Shown: positions 1-10,305, numbered from the stretch's first letter. The stretch is 64,000 nucleotides of DNA from an uncultured delta proteobacterium (GCA_963782055.1 CAWAIF010000003.1:6688001-6752000), one strand, 5' to 3'. Translations and numbers: made by a program. Notes: a model not told the origin generated them from the sequence alone.

Positions 1-128
1 GGGACGACGGAGCGAGCCCACGTCGGCAGGGGTACGTCGCGCGCCGAGGCCCACGGGGGCGCGTCCCCCGCGCGCGCCACCCCGGCGAGCAACAGCGCCG
101 AGAGCACCGCGGCGCGGCGGGCGATCAC
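1..128 (-). CDS. 5' part of a secreted protein, truncated by the window edge (VIARRAAVLSALLLAGVARAGDAPPW...)
   Basis: GTG at 128-126 overlaps the kinase stop (GTGA); signal-peptide-like N-terminus. Confidence 0.55.
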   Translation of the reverse strand, partial: MIARRAAVLSALLLAGVARAGDAPPWASARDVPLPTWARSVV

Positions 129-2002
129 GGCGACCGCTGCGGCAGGCGGACCTCGAAGATCGCACCGCGCTTGGTGGAGCGCACGCTGACCGTGCCGCCG
201 TGCTCGTCGGCGATCTTCTTGACGATCGCCAGCCCGAGGCCGGTGCCGCCCGTCTTGCCGCTCGTCACGAAGGACTGGAAGAGGCGGTGCTCGATGTCCT
301 TGGGGATGCCCGGGCCGGTGTCGGAGAAGGTCAGGAGCAGCTCCTCCTCCGGGTCGCCCTTGTGGACGCGCGCCACCTTGATGGTGAGCTTGCCGCCCCT
401 GTCCGCCATCGCCTCCTGCGCGTTGCGCGCCAGGTTGTGGATCAGGCGAAGGATCTTGCCCTCGTCGAAGCGGGCCGTGCCGCGGTCCTGCACGTCGATG
501 ACCAGCTCGATGTTGTAGCGCTGCATCTCGCGGGTGAGCTGCTGGCGCACGTCCTCCATGAACTTCTGGAGGTAGACCTTGCGGACGAAGACGCTGCGCT
601 CCCCGCGCGCGAACTCCAGCACCTCGCGCTGCATCGCGCTGATGTGATCGAACTGCTTGAGCACCGACTCGGCGTACTCGTCGCGCTTGTCGCGCTTGTC
701 CGCCGCCTGCATGAGCTGCACGTAACCGCTGATGACGGTGAGGGGCGTCTTCAGGTCGTGGATGACGGCGGAGAGGAGCCGGCCGATGGTGGAGAGGCGG
801 TCCTCGATCTCGCGCTGCTCCCGCGCCATCTGCAGGCGGATGGCGGTGGAGGCGTTGGCGGCGATGAGGAGCAAGAGGGAGCGGTCCTCCTCGCTGAAGC
901 CATCCCCGTGGCGCTTGTTGTACAGGGCGATGGCGCCCATCGCGCCCTGGTCCTCGCCCTCCAGCGGCACCGCCAGCGCGGTCTGCGAGGTGAAGCCCAC
1001 CAGCGCGTCCAGGTCGGGGTCGGTGCGGCCGTCCGCCGGCGCGTCGGCGGAGACGAGCACCTCGTTGCGCCACATGGAGTAGCCGATGAGACCCTGGCCG
1101 TCGCGCAGGGGGAAGCGGCGCAGACGCTTGTGCTTGTCGTCCACCAGGTACAGCGAGGTGGCGCCCGTCTCCGGCTCGCGCAGGGCGACGGCGGCGGCGC
1201 GCGACTCGCACGAACGCATCGCCTCGCCGAGGACGGCGATGAAGAGCTCCTCCAGCGAGTGGGCGCGCGCCATGGCGCTCTCCAGCGAGAAGAGCAGGTT
1301 GAGATCGCGGACGCGGTGCTCGAGCTGCTCCTTCGTCTCGACGAGCTGCATGTTCTTCTGGATCGTCGAGAGGAACAGGCGCGAGTTGTCGATGGACACC
1401 GCGGCCTGCGTGACGAGCGACGCGAGCAGACCCTCGTCGTCCTCGGTGAAGGCGCCGTCCTTCTTGTTGAGCACCTGGATGACGCCGATGGTCCGACCCA
1501 GGTGGTTCTTCAGCGGCGCGGCGAGGATGCTCTCGGTGTGGTAGCCGGACAACGTGTCCCACTCCGGGGAGAAGCGGGGGTCCTCCCGCGCGCACGGGAC
1601 GACCAGCAGCTTCCCGGTGCGCGCCACGTGCCCGGCGATGCCGTGCCCCAGCTTCAGACGGATGGAGCGCACCTCGTCCCCCTGGATGATGCGCGAGACC
1701 AGCTCGTCGTTGGCCTCGTCGAGCAGGTAGAGGGTGGCGCGATCGGCCTCGAGGGCGTCGGTGATGCGGTCCAGGATCAGCTCCAGGACCTGATCCAGGT
1801 CCAGCGTGGTGCCCAGCGCGAGGCCCACGTCGCGCAGCGCTGAGGAGACCCTCTTCTCGCGGGCCAGCGCCGTCTCCAGCTCGGCGATCCGGCCGTCGCG
1901 CGGGTCGAGCCGGGTGAGCCCTCGCCCTGCCCCCGACGCCGGTGCCGGGGGCGCGGGCCGCGACGAGCGTCGCGGCGGGGGCGAGTCGGGGTTGTGCGCC
2001 AC
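125..2002 (-). CDS. Cytoplasmic double-GAF sensor histidine kinase
   Basis: Two GAF repeats (GIAGHVA...NK..G.F.EDD), H-box IHDLKTPL, N-box NLARNA, DTGPG and GTGLGL G-boxes. Confidence 0.92.
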   Translation of the reverse strand: MAHNPDSPPPRRSSRPAPPAPASGAGRGLTRLDPRDGRIAELETALAREKRVSSALRDVGLALGTTLDLDQVLELILDRITDALEADRATLYLLDEANDELVSRIIQGDEVRSIRLKLGHGIAGHVARTGKLLVVPCAREDPRFSPEWDTLSGYHTESILAAPLKNHLGRTIGVIQVLNKKDGAFTEDDEGLLASLVTQAAVSIDNSRLFLSTIQKNMQLVETKEQLEHRVRDLNLLFSLESAMARAHSLEELFIAVLGEAMRSCESRAAAVALREPETGATSLYLVDDKHKRLRRFPLRDGQGLIGYSMWRNEVLVSADAPADGRTDPDLDALVGFTSQTALAVPLEGEDQGAMGAIALYNKRHGDGFSEEDRSLLLLIAANASTAIRLQMAREQREIEDRLSTIGRLLSAVIHDLKTPLTVISGYVQLMQAADKRDKRDEYAESVLKQFDHISAMQREVLEFARGERSVFVRKVYLQKFMEDVRQQLTREMQRYNIELVIDVQDRGTARFDEGKILRLIHNLARNAQEAMADRGGKLTIKVARVHKGDPEEELLLTFSDTGPGIPKDIEHRLFQSFVTSGKTGGTGLGLAIVKKIADEHGGTVSVRSTKRGAIFEVRLPQRSP

Positions 2003-2116
2003 GAGCCCATCTTATCGGCATTCGGCCCTGCGTGGGAGCCGCGCCCACTGGCCCTGACGGCCATTTCCGGCTATCGGACGGACCGTCGCCCTCTCGACGG
2101 CCTCGCCCCGGCTTTC

Positions 2117-2836
2117 ATGCACCCCACCCTCATCGTCACGCCCACCTACAACGAGCGCGACAACCTCCCTCGCTTCGTGGCCGCTGTGCGCGGCGCGGCG
2201 CCGGAGGCGCACGTGATGATCGTCGACGACGCCTCGCCCGACGGCACGGGGGAGATCGCCGACGCGCTGGCGAAGCAGGACGACCACGTCCACGTCATGC
2301 ACCGCGCCGGCAAGCTGGGCCTCGGGACCGCGTACGTCGAGGCGTTCCAGTGGGGGATGGGGCACGGCTACGAGCGCTTCTTCGAGATGGACGCCGACCT
2401 CTCCCACGACGTCCGCTACCTGCCCGACTTCTTCCACGCGCTGGACGAGGGCGCGGACGTGGTCATCGGCTCGCGCAACATCCCCGGTGGCGGCGTGGAG
2501 GGCTGGGGCCTCGGGCGGTACGTCATCTCCAAGGGCGGGTCGCTCTACTCGCGGACCATCCTGGGGCTGCGCGTGCGGGACCTGACGAGCGGGTACAAGG
2601 CCTTCACCCGGCGCGCGCTGGAGACGATCGACCTGGGGAGCGTGCGCAGCAACGGCTACTCCTTCCAGATCGAGACGACGTACCGCGCGGCGGTGCGTGG
2701 GATGAAGATCACCGAGGTGCCCATCGTGTTCGTGGACCGGCGGGCCGGGCAGTCGAAGATGAGCCGGAAGATCTTCCTGGAGGCCGTGGGGGTCGTGTGG
2801 AAGCTGCGGGCGGACGCGATGCGGGGGAGGATCTAG
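2117..2836 (+). CDS. Polyprenol monophosphomannose synthase (GT2, Ppm1/DPM1-like)
   Basis: PTYNE, VDDASPDGT, MDADLSH, DLTSGYK, GYSFQIE, F.DR..G.SKM motifs; ATG at 2117. Confidence 0.9.
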   Translation: MHPTLIVTPTYNERDNLPRFVAAVRGAAPEAHVMIVDDASPDGTGEIADALAKQDDHVHVMHRAGKLGLGTAYVEAFQWGMGHGYERFFEMDADLSHDVRYLPDFFHALDEGADVVIGSRNIPGGGVEGWGLGRYVISKGGSLYSRTILGLRVRDLTSGYKAFTRRALETIDLGSVRSNGYSFQIETTYRAAVRGMKITEVPIVFVDRRAGQSKMSRKIFLEAVGVVWKLRADAMRGRI

Positions 2837-2843
2837 GCGGGAC

Positions 2844-3503
2844 TCACAGCGGCGTGATCGACAGGTTGTCGAACCGGCATTCGCTCTCCCAGCCGTCGAA
2901 CGCGAAGTGATCGTGGCCGGCGCCGGCGAGCGGCGCGGGGTCGTCCCAGGACAGGAACGGCTTGCCGTCGATGCGCCAGTCGAGGTGGCTGCCCCGGCGC
3001 GTGATGGTCCAGTGGTAGGTGCGACCGGGCTCCACGCGCGGCGAGGTGCGCAGCGGCACCGTGGGGTCGTGCTGCCAGGTGTGCTCGTTCTCGCGGACGA
3101 GCACCGATCGCGAGTTCCTCCAGCCGCCGAAGATGAAGACGTAGCCGGTCGCCGTGTAGATCAGGTCCTTTCGCACGGCCTCGTCCGACTCGAAGCTCTT
3201 GCCGTCGCCGAAGAGCTCCACCTTCACGTCGCCATCGGAGCTCTTCGGCGTGACGTCGAACTCCACCTTCACGTCGTGGGGGAGCACGCGCCGGAGCCAC
3301 AGGGCGTGGTTGTGCGCGTGGTCGAACACCAGCTCGCCGTCCTCGATCCGGTACGGTCCGCCGGAGTTGAAGTAGTCCGACCCGACGTCGGCGCGGGCGA
3401 AGTCGTCGGTGAAGCCCTTGCCGAGCGGCGGGTCGTGGTGGGTGCACGCCGGCAGCGCGATCAGCAAGGCCAGCAGCGGCGCCTTCCACACCGGGGCTTC
3501 CAT
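2844..3503 (-). CDS. Hypothetical lipoprotein, beta-sandwich (ConA/LamG-like)
   Basis: Lipobox LIALPAC; FTDDF.R...FDNLSI pattern; start chosen at ATG 3503. Confidence 0.6.
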   Translation of the reverse strand: MEAPVWKAPLLALLIALPACTHHDPPLGKGFTDDFARADVGSDYFNSGGPYRIEDGELVFDHAHNHALWLRRVLPHDVKVEFDVTPKSSDGDVKVELFGDGKSFESDEAVRKDLIYTATGYVFIFGGWRNSRSVLVRENEHTWQHDPTVPLRTSPRVEPGRTYHWTITRRGSHLDWRIDGKPFLSWDDPAPLAGAGHDHFAFDGWESECRFDNLSITPL

Positions 3504-3706
3504 GGCCGCTACTCTGCGACCGTTCGCGCGCACGCGCGAGCGCTTCTTGCGCCGGTGCGACGTGCGCGGAGCGGGGCGCTGTGCCCTGCAGCGTGGATGG
3601 AGGCCTCGATGACCCCGGCGCTCGCAGCGCGCCGGCCTTCACGAACCTTCCTCCGCGTGCGGCAAACCGTCCTATCCTCGATCGTCGCGATGACCGCCTT
3701 GACGCC

Positions 3707-5014
3707 ATGAAGATCTCCGGTCCGCGCGTCCTCCCACCTCTGGCGGCCGCGCTCGTGTGCGCCCTCCCGGCGACCGCGCGGGCCGGCAACGACGACGGCG
3801 TGCTGCTCGGCAACCAGGCGGCGATGACCGGCGGCGCCGTCACCGCCGACGTCTCCGACGGCAGCGCGCTCGTCTACAACCCTGCGGGCCTCGCGCGGAT
3901 CACGACCGACCGTGCCGACATCACGGCGCAGGCGCTCGGCGTGCGCATCACCCTCGTCCCGAGCTTCATCACCACGCCGGACGCCGGGCCGAAGGGCGAG
4001 TCGACGGTGGAGATCCTCACCATCCCGAGCGGCATCTCCTACGCGCGCCCGCTCGGCAAGAAGGTCCACGTCGGCTTCGGCGTCTTCTCGCCGAGCGCCA
4101 GCGACTCGGTGCTGCGGAGCTCGACCGACACGGCCCGCCCCGGCGGCTCGGGCACGCTGCAGCTCGCCGTGGCCGAGACGGACTCCACCTACGACTTCAC
4201 CGGCGGCGTCGGCTGGGAGGTGACGCCCTCGCTGCGCGTCGGGGCCTCCCTCGCCGTCGGCTACGACTCGACCTTCGCGACCACCCAGGTCCTGCTGCGC
4301 ACGACGACGGCCGACGACGACGTGGTCGAGTCCTTCTCCACGACCGACAGCTACAAATTCTTCTCGCTGCAGCTCCGGGCAGGGCTCCAGTGGGACGCGA
4401 CGAGGCGCCTGTCGGTCGGGGTCAGCGTGCAGAGTCCGGGCGTCGCCGTCGCGGGCTACGCGCACGAGACGACCAGCAGCGTCGTCGCCTCGGCGAGCCA
4501 GCCACCGGAGTTCGGCGCCGACGACACCGACCAGTTCGACGCGCTGTTCGAGATGTCTCGCCCCTTTCGGCTGCGCGGCGGGCTCGCCTACCGGTTGGAC
4601 CGCGGACACTTCGCGGTGGAGGGCGACGGGATCGCGCCGGTGAGCTCGACGGCGCTCGGCGTGGACCGTGGCCCGACGTGGAACCTCCGCGTGGGCGGGA
4701 CCTACGACGCGACGCGCGACGTGCACCTCGGGCTGGGGCTGTTCACCGATCGCAGCGGCGAGCGCCAGGACCCCATCCACTACTACGGGGTCACGCTGGG
4801 CCTCGGTCTGGACACGCACCTCGACCTCGCGAAGACCGAGCACGCCCACGAGATCAAGTTCGCCTCCTTCTTCGCGCTACGCTACGCCGTGGGCCTCGGC
4901 TCGGTCGGCGGCCTGGTCTTCGACCCTGCCTCGCCCGACGTCTTCCGGACGGTGCAGAGCGACATCGTGGTCCACGAGATCTTCCTGCACCTGGGCTCCT
5001 CGATCGATCTCTAA
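3707..5014 (+). CDS. Outer-membrane beta-barrel, FadL/OmpP1-like
   Basis: Signal peptide, AAMTGGA..A...D.SA.VYNPAGL plug motif, amphipathic beta strands. Confidence 0.75.
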   Translation: MKISGPRVLPPLAAALVCALPATARAGNDDGVLLGNQAAMTGGAVTADVSDGSALVYNPAGLARITTDRADITAQALGVRITLVPSFITTPDAGPKGESTVEILTIPSGISYARPLGKKVHVGFGVFSPSASDSVLRSSTDTARPGGSGTLQLAVAETDSTYDFTGGVGWEVTPSLRVGASLAVGYDSTFATTQVLLRTTTADDDVVESFSTTDSYKFFSLQLRAGLQWDATRRLSVGVSVQSPGVAVAGYAHETTSSVVASASQPPEFGADDTDQFDALFEMSRPFRLRGGLAYRLDRGHFAVEGDGIAPVSSTALGVDRGPTWNLRVGGTYDATRDVHLGLGLFTDRSGERQDPIHYYGVTLGLGLDTHLDLAKTEHAHEIKFASFFALRYAVGLGSVGGLVFDPASPDVFRTVQSDIVVHEIFLHLGSSIDL

Positions 5015-5061
5015 CTTTGGAGTCGCCGCGGCACCCCGACGCCGTAGACTGCGCGGACCGG

Positions 5062-6261
5062 ATGCACCTGGATTTCTGGTTCGACTACTCCTGCCCTTAC
5101 GCGTACCTCGGCTCGACGCAGATCGAGGCGCTCGCCGCCCGCGCCGGCGCGTCGCTCACGCTGCGGCCGATGCTGCTCGGCGGGGTCTTCAAGGCGAATG
5201 ACACGCCGCAGAACCTGATGAACGTCCTGTCCCCCGCCAAGGCGCGGCACAACGGGATGGACATGATGCGCTGGGCGGAGCTGTTCGGCGTGCCGCTGGC
5301 GATCCCCTCCGGTCACCCGCTGCGCACGGTGGAGGCGCTGCGCGCCACGCTGGTGACGGGGGTGGACCCGGAGGTGGTGCACGGTTTCTTCGGCGCCTAC
5401 TGGCGAGAGGGGCGCGCGCCGTCGGATCCGCAGACCATCCGCGACGTCGTCTCCGCGGCCGGCCACGACGCCGACGCGGTGCTCGCGCGCATCGCCGAGC
5501 CGGCGATCAAGGAGGAGCTGCGGCGCCGCACCGACGAGGCCGTCGCCCTCGGCATCTTCGGCGCGCCGGCCCTGGTCATCGACGGCCAGAGGCTCTACTG
5601 GGGGCAGGACCGGCTGCACTTCGCGCTCGGCATCCCGCTCGAGCCCGCACGACCGACGGAGACCCGCCGCATGGCCAAGCACACCCTCGAGATCTACTGG
5701 GACTTCTCCTCGCCCTTCTCGTACCTGGGCGCCACGCAGGCGGAGGCGCTCGCCGCGCGGACGGGCGCGGAGCTGGTCTGGAGGCCGATGCTCCTGGGCG
5801 GCGTCTTCAAGGCCATCGGCCAGGCGGACGCGCCCATCATGAGCTTCAGCGACGCCAAGCGCCGCCACTACCTGCAGGACCTGACGCGGTGGGCGGAGCA
5901 CTGGGGCGTGCCCTTCTCCTTCCCGACGCGCTTCCCCATGAACACCGTCAAGGCGCTGCGCGCGTACCTGGTGCTGCCGGAGGCGCGGCGCAAGGCCTAC
6001 CGTGAGGCGACGTACCGCGCGTACTGGGCCGAGGACCGCGACATCTCCAGCGACGAGGTGCTGCGCGAGCTCATCGGCGCAGGCGCCGACGAGGTGCTGG
6101 CGAAGACGCAGGACCCGGCGATCAAGCAGGAGCTCATGGGCTGTACGCAGCGCGCGGTGGACGCCGGGGTGTTCGGCGCGCCCACCTGGGTGATCGACGG
6201 CGAGGATCTCTACTGGGGTCAGGACCGCATGCCGCTGGTGGAGCTGGCGCTGAAGAAGTAG
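5062..6261 (+). CDS. Tandem two-domain 2-hydroxychromene-2-carboxylate isomerase / DsbA-FrnE (kappa-GST) protein
   Basis: Two copies of the D(F/Y)S(C/S)P.. ..PMLLGGVF.. G.FGAP..YWGQDR module in a single frame. Confidence 0.88.
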   Translation: MHLDFWFDYSCPYAYLGSTQIEALAARAGASLTLRPMLLGGVFKANDTPQNLMNVLSPAKARHNGMDMMRWAELFGVPLAIPSGHPLRTVEALRATLVTGVDPEVVHGFFGAYWREGRAPSDPQTIRDVVSAAGHDADAVLARIAEPAIKEELRRRTDEAVALGIFGAPALVIDGQRLYWGQDRLHFALGIPLEPARPTETRRMAKHTLEIYWDFSSPFSYLGATQAEALAARTGAELVWRPMLLGGVFKAIGQADAPIMSFSDAKRRHYLQDLTRWAEHWGVPFSFPTRFPMNTVKALRAYLVLPEARRKAYREATYRAYWAEDRDISSDEVLRELIGAGADEVLAKTQDPAIKQELMGCTQRAVDAGVFGAPTWVIDGEDLYWGQDRMPLVELALKK

Positions 6262-6271
6262 GCCGGGGCGG

Positions 6272-7930
6272 TCACTTCGTCGAGTAGGCGAGCGTCCAGC
6301 TCTTGAAGACGGGGGCGTTCGCCGTGTCCGTCGTGGTGAGGGTGGCACGCAGTTCGATGCCGGCAGCCGCGGCGACGGCCGGGATGGTGGAGAGGTCGGT
6401 GCCGGTGGCGACGCCGGTCGCAAGGGGCGCGCCCTTGTCGTCCAGCACGTCCACCGCGACGGCGGTGCCGTTGCCGCTGGTGTCGTCGACGTAGTCGAGC
6501 TTCCCCCACCCGCAGAGCGTGCCCGAGCTCGGCGTGATGACGGGGGTGACGGTGGTGCCCGGACTCACGAAGGCGAGGGTGCCGGTGAAGCCGGGCGTCG
6601 GGTTCATCGTGCCCTGGGTGACGGTGTTGCCATCGACGCGGATGCGGCCCACCGAGCCCACGCCGCCGGGAGTGCCGGAGGCGCTGGTCCCGCCGGTGCC
6701 GCCCGTCGACGTGACGCTGCCCTGGTTGTCGATGGTCGGCGCCATCAGCCAGACGGCGCCGCCGGAGCCGCCGCCGGCTCCTCCGCAGTTGCCGCCCCCG
6801 TCGCTCCCGCCGTTGCCGCCCTTGACGGTGACGACGCCGGTGGACGCGATGTCGATGGACGTGCTGGAGGACAGGACGATGACGCCGCCTCCCGCGCCGC
6901 CACCGCCGGAGCCGCAGCTGTTGCCGCCTGAGCCGCCGCCGCCGCCCGAACCGCCGAGGAGCTGCGAGAGATCCGCCGAGCCGTAGCTCGCACCGCCGGT
7001 GATGCCGTTGCCGTAGGAGCTGGTGGGGGAGTTGCCGCCCGCGTTGGCGTAGCCGGCGCCGCTGCCACCCTGCCAGTTGGTGCCCTTGAGCCCCTTGCCG
7101 GAGCCGAAGCCGTCGTTACCGGGCGAGGCGGAGCCGACGTAGACGCCGTCGCCGCCGTTGCTGCCGCCGCCCACCGCGACCCCGCCCTTGCCGTAGGTGC
7201 TGAAGGTGACCCCGTTGCCGCCGTTCGGCCCGGCGGCGGAGAGCGTGCCGGCGATGCTGACGGCGCCCTGCACCTTGACGGTGAGCGCGGTGGTGCCGGT
7301 GACGGTGACCGTCACGCCGCTGGCGATGGTGAAGGTGGTGAAGTTGTGCGTCCCACCGGGGAGCGTGGTGTTGCTGCTGGCGGTGAAGGGTCCGTCGCTC
7401 CCGTCGCCTCCGTCGGCGGAGCCACCCAGGGTGACGCCGTTCGTCCCGACCACCACCGCGGTGTTGGTGTTGCCCTGGAAGTCGCTCGCCTGCGTCTGCG
7501 AGAAGGAGCCGGCGGTGCCCGGCGCGACGGTGACCGTCTGGTCGGAGGACCACGCCGACTCGTCGCTCCCCTTCTTCGCCTTGACGTGCGCGGTCCAGGT
7601 GCCGGGCCCGAGCCCGCCGACGACCTTGTAGCTCGTCTGCCCCGCCGCGACGTTCACCGAGGTGGGGGTGTCGCCCTGCTTGCCGTACTCCAGCACATAC
7701 GACGCCCCGGCCACCTCCGACCACGTGAAGGTGGCGTCGACGAGGCAGGTGCCGCCGGTGACGGGCTGCAGGGTCGGCGCGGCGAGCGCGCCGGTGCCGC
7801 CGTCGCCTGTGGTGCCCCCGTCTCCGCCCGTGGTGCCGCCGCCGTCGGGGTGGGTGGTGATGGTGGTTCCGGTCGCACAGGCGGCGAGCGCGAGGAGCGC
7901 GACGCCGGTCAAGGGGGGGATCAAGCGCAT
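6272..7930 (-). CDS. Glycine-rich surface lipoprotein with an FN3-like N-terminal domain
   Basis: Lipobox LALAAC, W..V.GA..Y.L FN3-like segment, long GGGGG/GGxGG tracts; ATG at 7930. Confidence 0.75.
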   Translation of the reverse strand: MRLIPPLTGVALLALAACATGTTITTHPDGGGTTGGDGGTTGDGGTGALAAPTLQPVTGGTCLVDATFTWSEVAGASYVLEYGKQGDTPTSVNVAAGQTSYKVVGGLGPGTWTAHVKAKKGSDESAWSSDQTVTVAPGTAGSFSQTQASDFQGNTNTAVVVGTNGVTLGGSADGGDGSDGPFTASSNTTLPGGTHNFTTFTIASGVTVTVTGTTALTVKVQGAVSIAGTLSAAGPNGGNGVTFSTYGKGGVAVGGGSNGGDGVYVGSASPGNDGFGSGKGLKGTNWQGGSGAGYANAGGNSPTSSYGNGITGGASYGSADLSQLLGGSGGGGGSGGNSCGSGGGGAGGGVIVLSSSTSIDIASTGVVTVKGGNGGSDGGGNCGGAGGGSGGAVWLMAPTIDNQGSVTSTGGTGGTSASGTPGGVGSVGRIRVDGNTVTQGTMNPTPGFTGTLAFVSPGTTVTPVITPSSGTLCGWGKLDYVDDTSGNGTAVAVDVLDDKGAPLATGVATGTDLSTIPAVAAAAGIELRATLTTTDTANAPVFKSWTLAYSTK

Positions 7931-8016
7931 GGGAGGAGCCTTCCTCTTTGGGGTAGATCGCTCACGATAGCGCGACCCGACGCCACCGACGAGCCCGTCC
8001 GCGCGGCCTCGGCGCG

Positions 8017-9234
8017 TCAGCCGGGCGCCGGCGCGCGGTGGCGCGACGCCGGATCGTCCTTCCGGAAGATGACGCAGAAGACGACGAAGCCCGCCCAGAG
8101 CGCGGAGAAGTGATAGATCATCGCCACCCCGCTCACGCGCTTGAAGATGAAGCTGGAGATGGGCGGCCCCACCAGCATGCCGAGCGCGTAGCACGCGTTG
8201 TAGATGGCGTTGCCGCGGCTGTAGTCCGCCGGCTCGCACACGATCCCTTGCAGCGCCAGGCTCACCGGCGAGATGGAGGCGAGCGTGGCGCCGGTGACGA
8301 AGATCGCCGCGCACATCACCGGCCAGGAGTCGAGCGCGACGAATCCGAGCGTCATCACGATGCCGACGAGCGCGAGCGCGGTCATCACGCGCAGGTGGCC
8401 GACGCGATCGCCGAGCCGCCCCGCGATGTTGGAGAAGAGGAGCATGCCGCCGGCGAAGAAGGCCGTCATCAGGATGGTGCTGCGCTCCGGTACGTGCTTC
8501 TCGCCGATGAGGTACAGGGGCAGGAAGAGCACCACCGAGGCCTGGAAGTAGCCGTAGGAGAAGGTGGCCAGGCACGAGGTCTTGATGCGCCAGAGGATCG
8601 TGGCGGAGGAGTGATGGCTGCCACCGGCGGCGTGCTCGTGGTGCGGCGCATCGGCGGCGCCGCCGCCACGATCCGGATCCAGGCGCGCCGCGGTGAAGGC
8701 GATGGCCACCACCGTGATGGCGCTGGCGACGAGGAACACCGCCATGTACGAGGTGCCGGTGATCTGCGTGATGCCCCGCGCGAGGAGCGAGCCCACCACG
8801 TACCCGATGGCGATGGCCATGGCGTAGAGGCTCGTGACGTAGGCCTTGTTGTCGTCGTCGGAGCGGGCGAGCAGGATGGTCTCGCAGCAGACCCACGCGC
8901 CGACCGACGACGCGCCGTCCAGGGTGCGCACCGCGCACGCGCCGGGATACGTCGTCTGGAAGGGGAAGAGCCCCACCGCCACCACGTACGCGCAGAGGCA
9001 CACCAGCAGCGTGCGCTTGGCGGAGAAGCGCCGGATGAACACGCCCGCCGGGATGGACATGGCGACGATGCCACCCGCGAACCACGACGCCAGCGTGCCG
9101 ATCTCCGTCTTGGAGAAGCCCACGGCGTCCAGCTGCAGCGGCGTGACGGCGAGCGACGACCCGTACGCCACGCCCAGCAGGAAGATGGTCGTGTAGACGA
9201 CGAGGATGTTGCGGTCGCGGATGCGCGCGAGCAC
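8017..9234 (-). CDS. MFS transporter
   Basis: About 12 hydrophobic helices; GRLGDRVG motif-A-like loop. Confidence 0.88.
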   Translation of the reverse strand: MLARIRDRNILVVYTTIFLLGVAYGSSLAVTPLQLDAVGFSKTEIGTLASWFAGGIVAMSIPAGVFIRRFSAKRTLLVCLCAYVVAVGLFPFQTTYPGACAVRTLDGASSVGAWVCCETILLARSDDDNKAYVTSLYAMAIAIGYVVGSLLARGITQITGTSYMAVFLVASAITVVAIAFTAARLDPDRGGGAADAPHHEHAAGGSHHSSATILWRIKTSCLATFSYGYFQASVVLFLPLYLIGEKHVPERSTILMTAFFAGGMLLFSNIAGRLGDRVGHLRVMTALALVGIVMTLGFVALDSWPVMCAAIFVTGATLASISPVSLALQGIVCEPADYSRGNAIYNACYALGMLVGPPISSFIFKRVSGVAMIYHFSALWAGFVVFCVIFRKDDPASRHRAPAPG

Positions 9235-9249
9235 GGGCCGGCCGAAACG

Positions 9250-10002
9250 CTAGCGCTTCGTCGCCGCGATGACGACATGCGGATACGGCAGCACGTCGGG
9301 CACGCGGACGATGCGGACCTTGAAGCCCACGTCGGTGAGCAGCTCGGCCCACGCGCGGTGGTGGCGGTAGGCGAGCGGCTCGCGCATGCCCACCATGAGG
9401 CGATCGAGCGCCTCGGTGAAGAGCAGGCCGTAGTGCGGCTCGGTGGTGATGTCCTTGATGAGGAGCATCCCGCCGGGGACGAGCACGTCGTAGAGGCGCT
9501 CGAGCACCGCCCGCTGGGAGGCCGCCGGGATGTGGTGCATGACGTCCAGCACGTAGACCGCGTCGAAGGGGCCACCCAGCTCGGCGTCGCGCACGTCCCC
9601 CACCACGAAGCGGTGATGGGGCAGGTCCAGCTTCGAGGCCACACGCCGGGCGAGGCGGATGCGGCGCGCATTGGGATCCACGCCGGTGATGCGGCGGCCG
9701 CGGTGCGTCTGGCCGAAGTAGGCGGCGAAGAGGCCGAAGCCGCACCCGACGTCCAGGACGTTGCCCTCGTCGGTGAGCAGCAGGTCCATCACGCTCAGCA
9801 GCTTGGAGCGCAGGATGGAGAAGCGGGCGAAGGCGTAGGCGCGCTCGAAGGGGGGCAGCGCCTGCCCGATGTTGCGCATCGCCTCGCGGCCGAAGACCTC
9901 GTGCGCCTCGTAGGACGGGGCGGCGGCGATGCTCGCGCGGAGCCGGCGGCTCCGGGGGGGGGAGTCGGGCGGTCGAGAGGAGGGGACGGCCACGGGCGGC
10001 AC
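9250..10002 (-). CDS. Class I SAM-dependent methyltransferase (start uncertain; a downstream ATG near 9879 is possible)
   Basis: VLDVGCGFG motif I, FDAVY.LDVMHH, L.PGG.L. Confidence 0.85.
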   Translation of the reverse strand: MPPVAVPSSRPPDSPPRSRRLRASIAAAPSYEAHEVFGREAMRNIGQALPPFERAYAFARFSILRSKLLSVMDLLLTDEGNVLDVGCGFGLFAAYFGQTHRGRRITGVDPNARRIRLARRVASKLDLPHHRFVVGDVRDAELGGPFDAVYVLDVMHHIPAASQRAVLERLYDVLVPGGMLLIKDITTEPHYGLLFTEALDRLMVGMREPLAYRHHRAWAELLTDVGFKVRIVRVPDVLPYPHVVIAATKR

Positions 10003-10305
10003 CCTAGGCTCGCCCGCTTTGGGAGGTCAACCAGCCCACCGAGGGCGTCATGGCTGAGCTGGCCGGTCGAGGCAATCGGCCCCGTCCACCTGCGCCTGGT
10101 GCCAACTGGTCCGATCGCCAGCGTGCTTGCGGTCCGACCAACCGCAGCTCAGCACGGGGCCTGGTCCGCGAGATCGGCCGTTGTTCCGGCACCTTGGCGA
10201 CAATCCGGCCATCCGGTCGAAAAAAGTGCCCCCACCCCCCCAATTGTCCCCGACTGCGTGCCGTAAAGGCACACGGGCGACGCCCCCCAGTTTTAGCATT
10301 GGCTG

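Noticed and set aside
200..1843. Long antisense ORFs opposite real genes (also 10048-12084, 19467-21518, 46497-48791 and others)
   Set aside because: They mirror the codon bias of the sense gene and have no motifs
6272..9745. Very long ORF-track entries (1157 aa here; also 16333-19404, 3757-6261, 12235-14448, 36205-38442, 48742-50610)
   Set aside because: The N-terminal extensions are stop-free shadow frames typical of high-GC DNA overlapping real genes; the true starts are downstream
10053..10153. 9-bp inverted repeat GCTGAGCTG/CAGCTCAGC in the divergent intergenic region upstream of the kinase
   Set aside because: Too short to distinguish from chance in GC-rich DNA; no recognisable riboswitch (e.g. 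TPP) consensus
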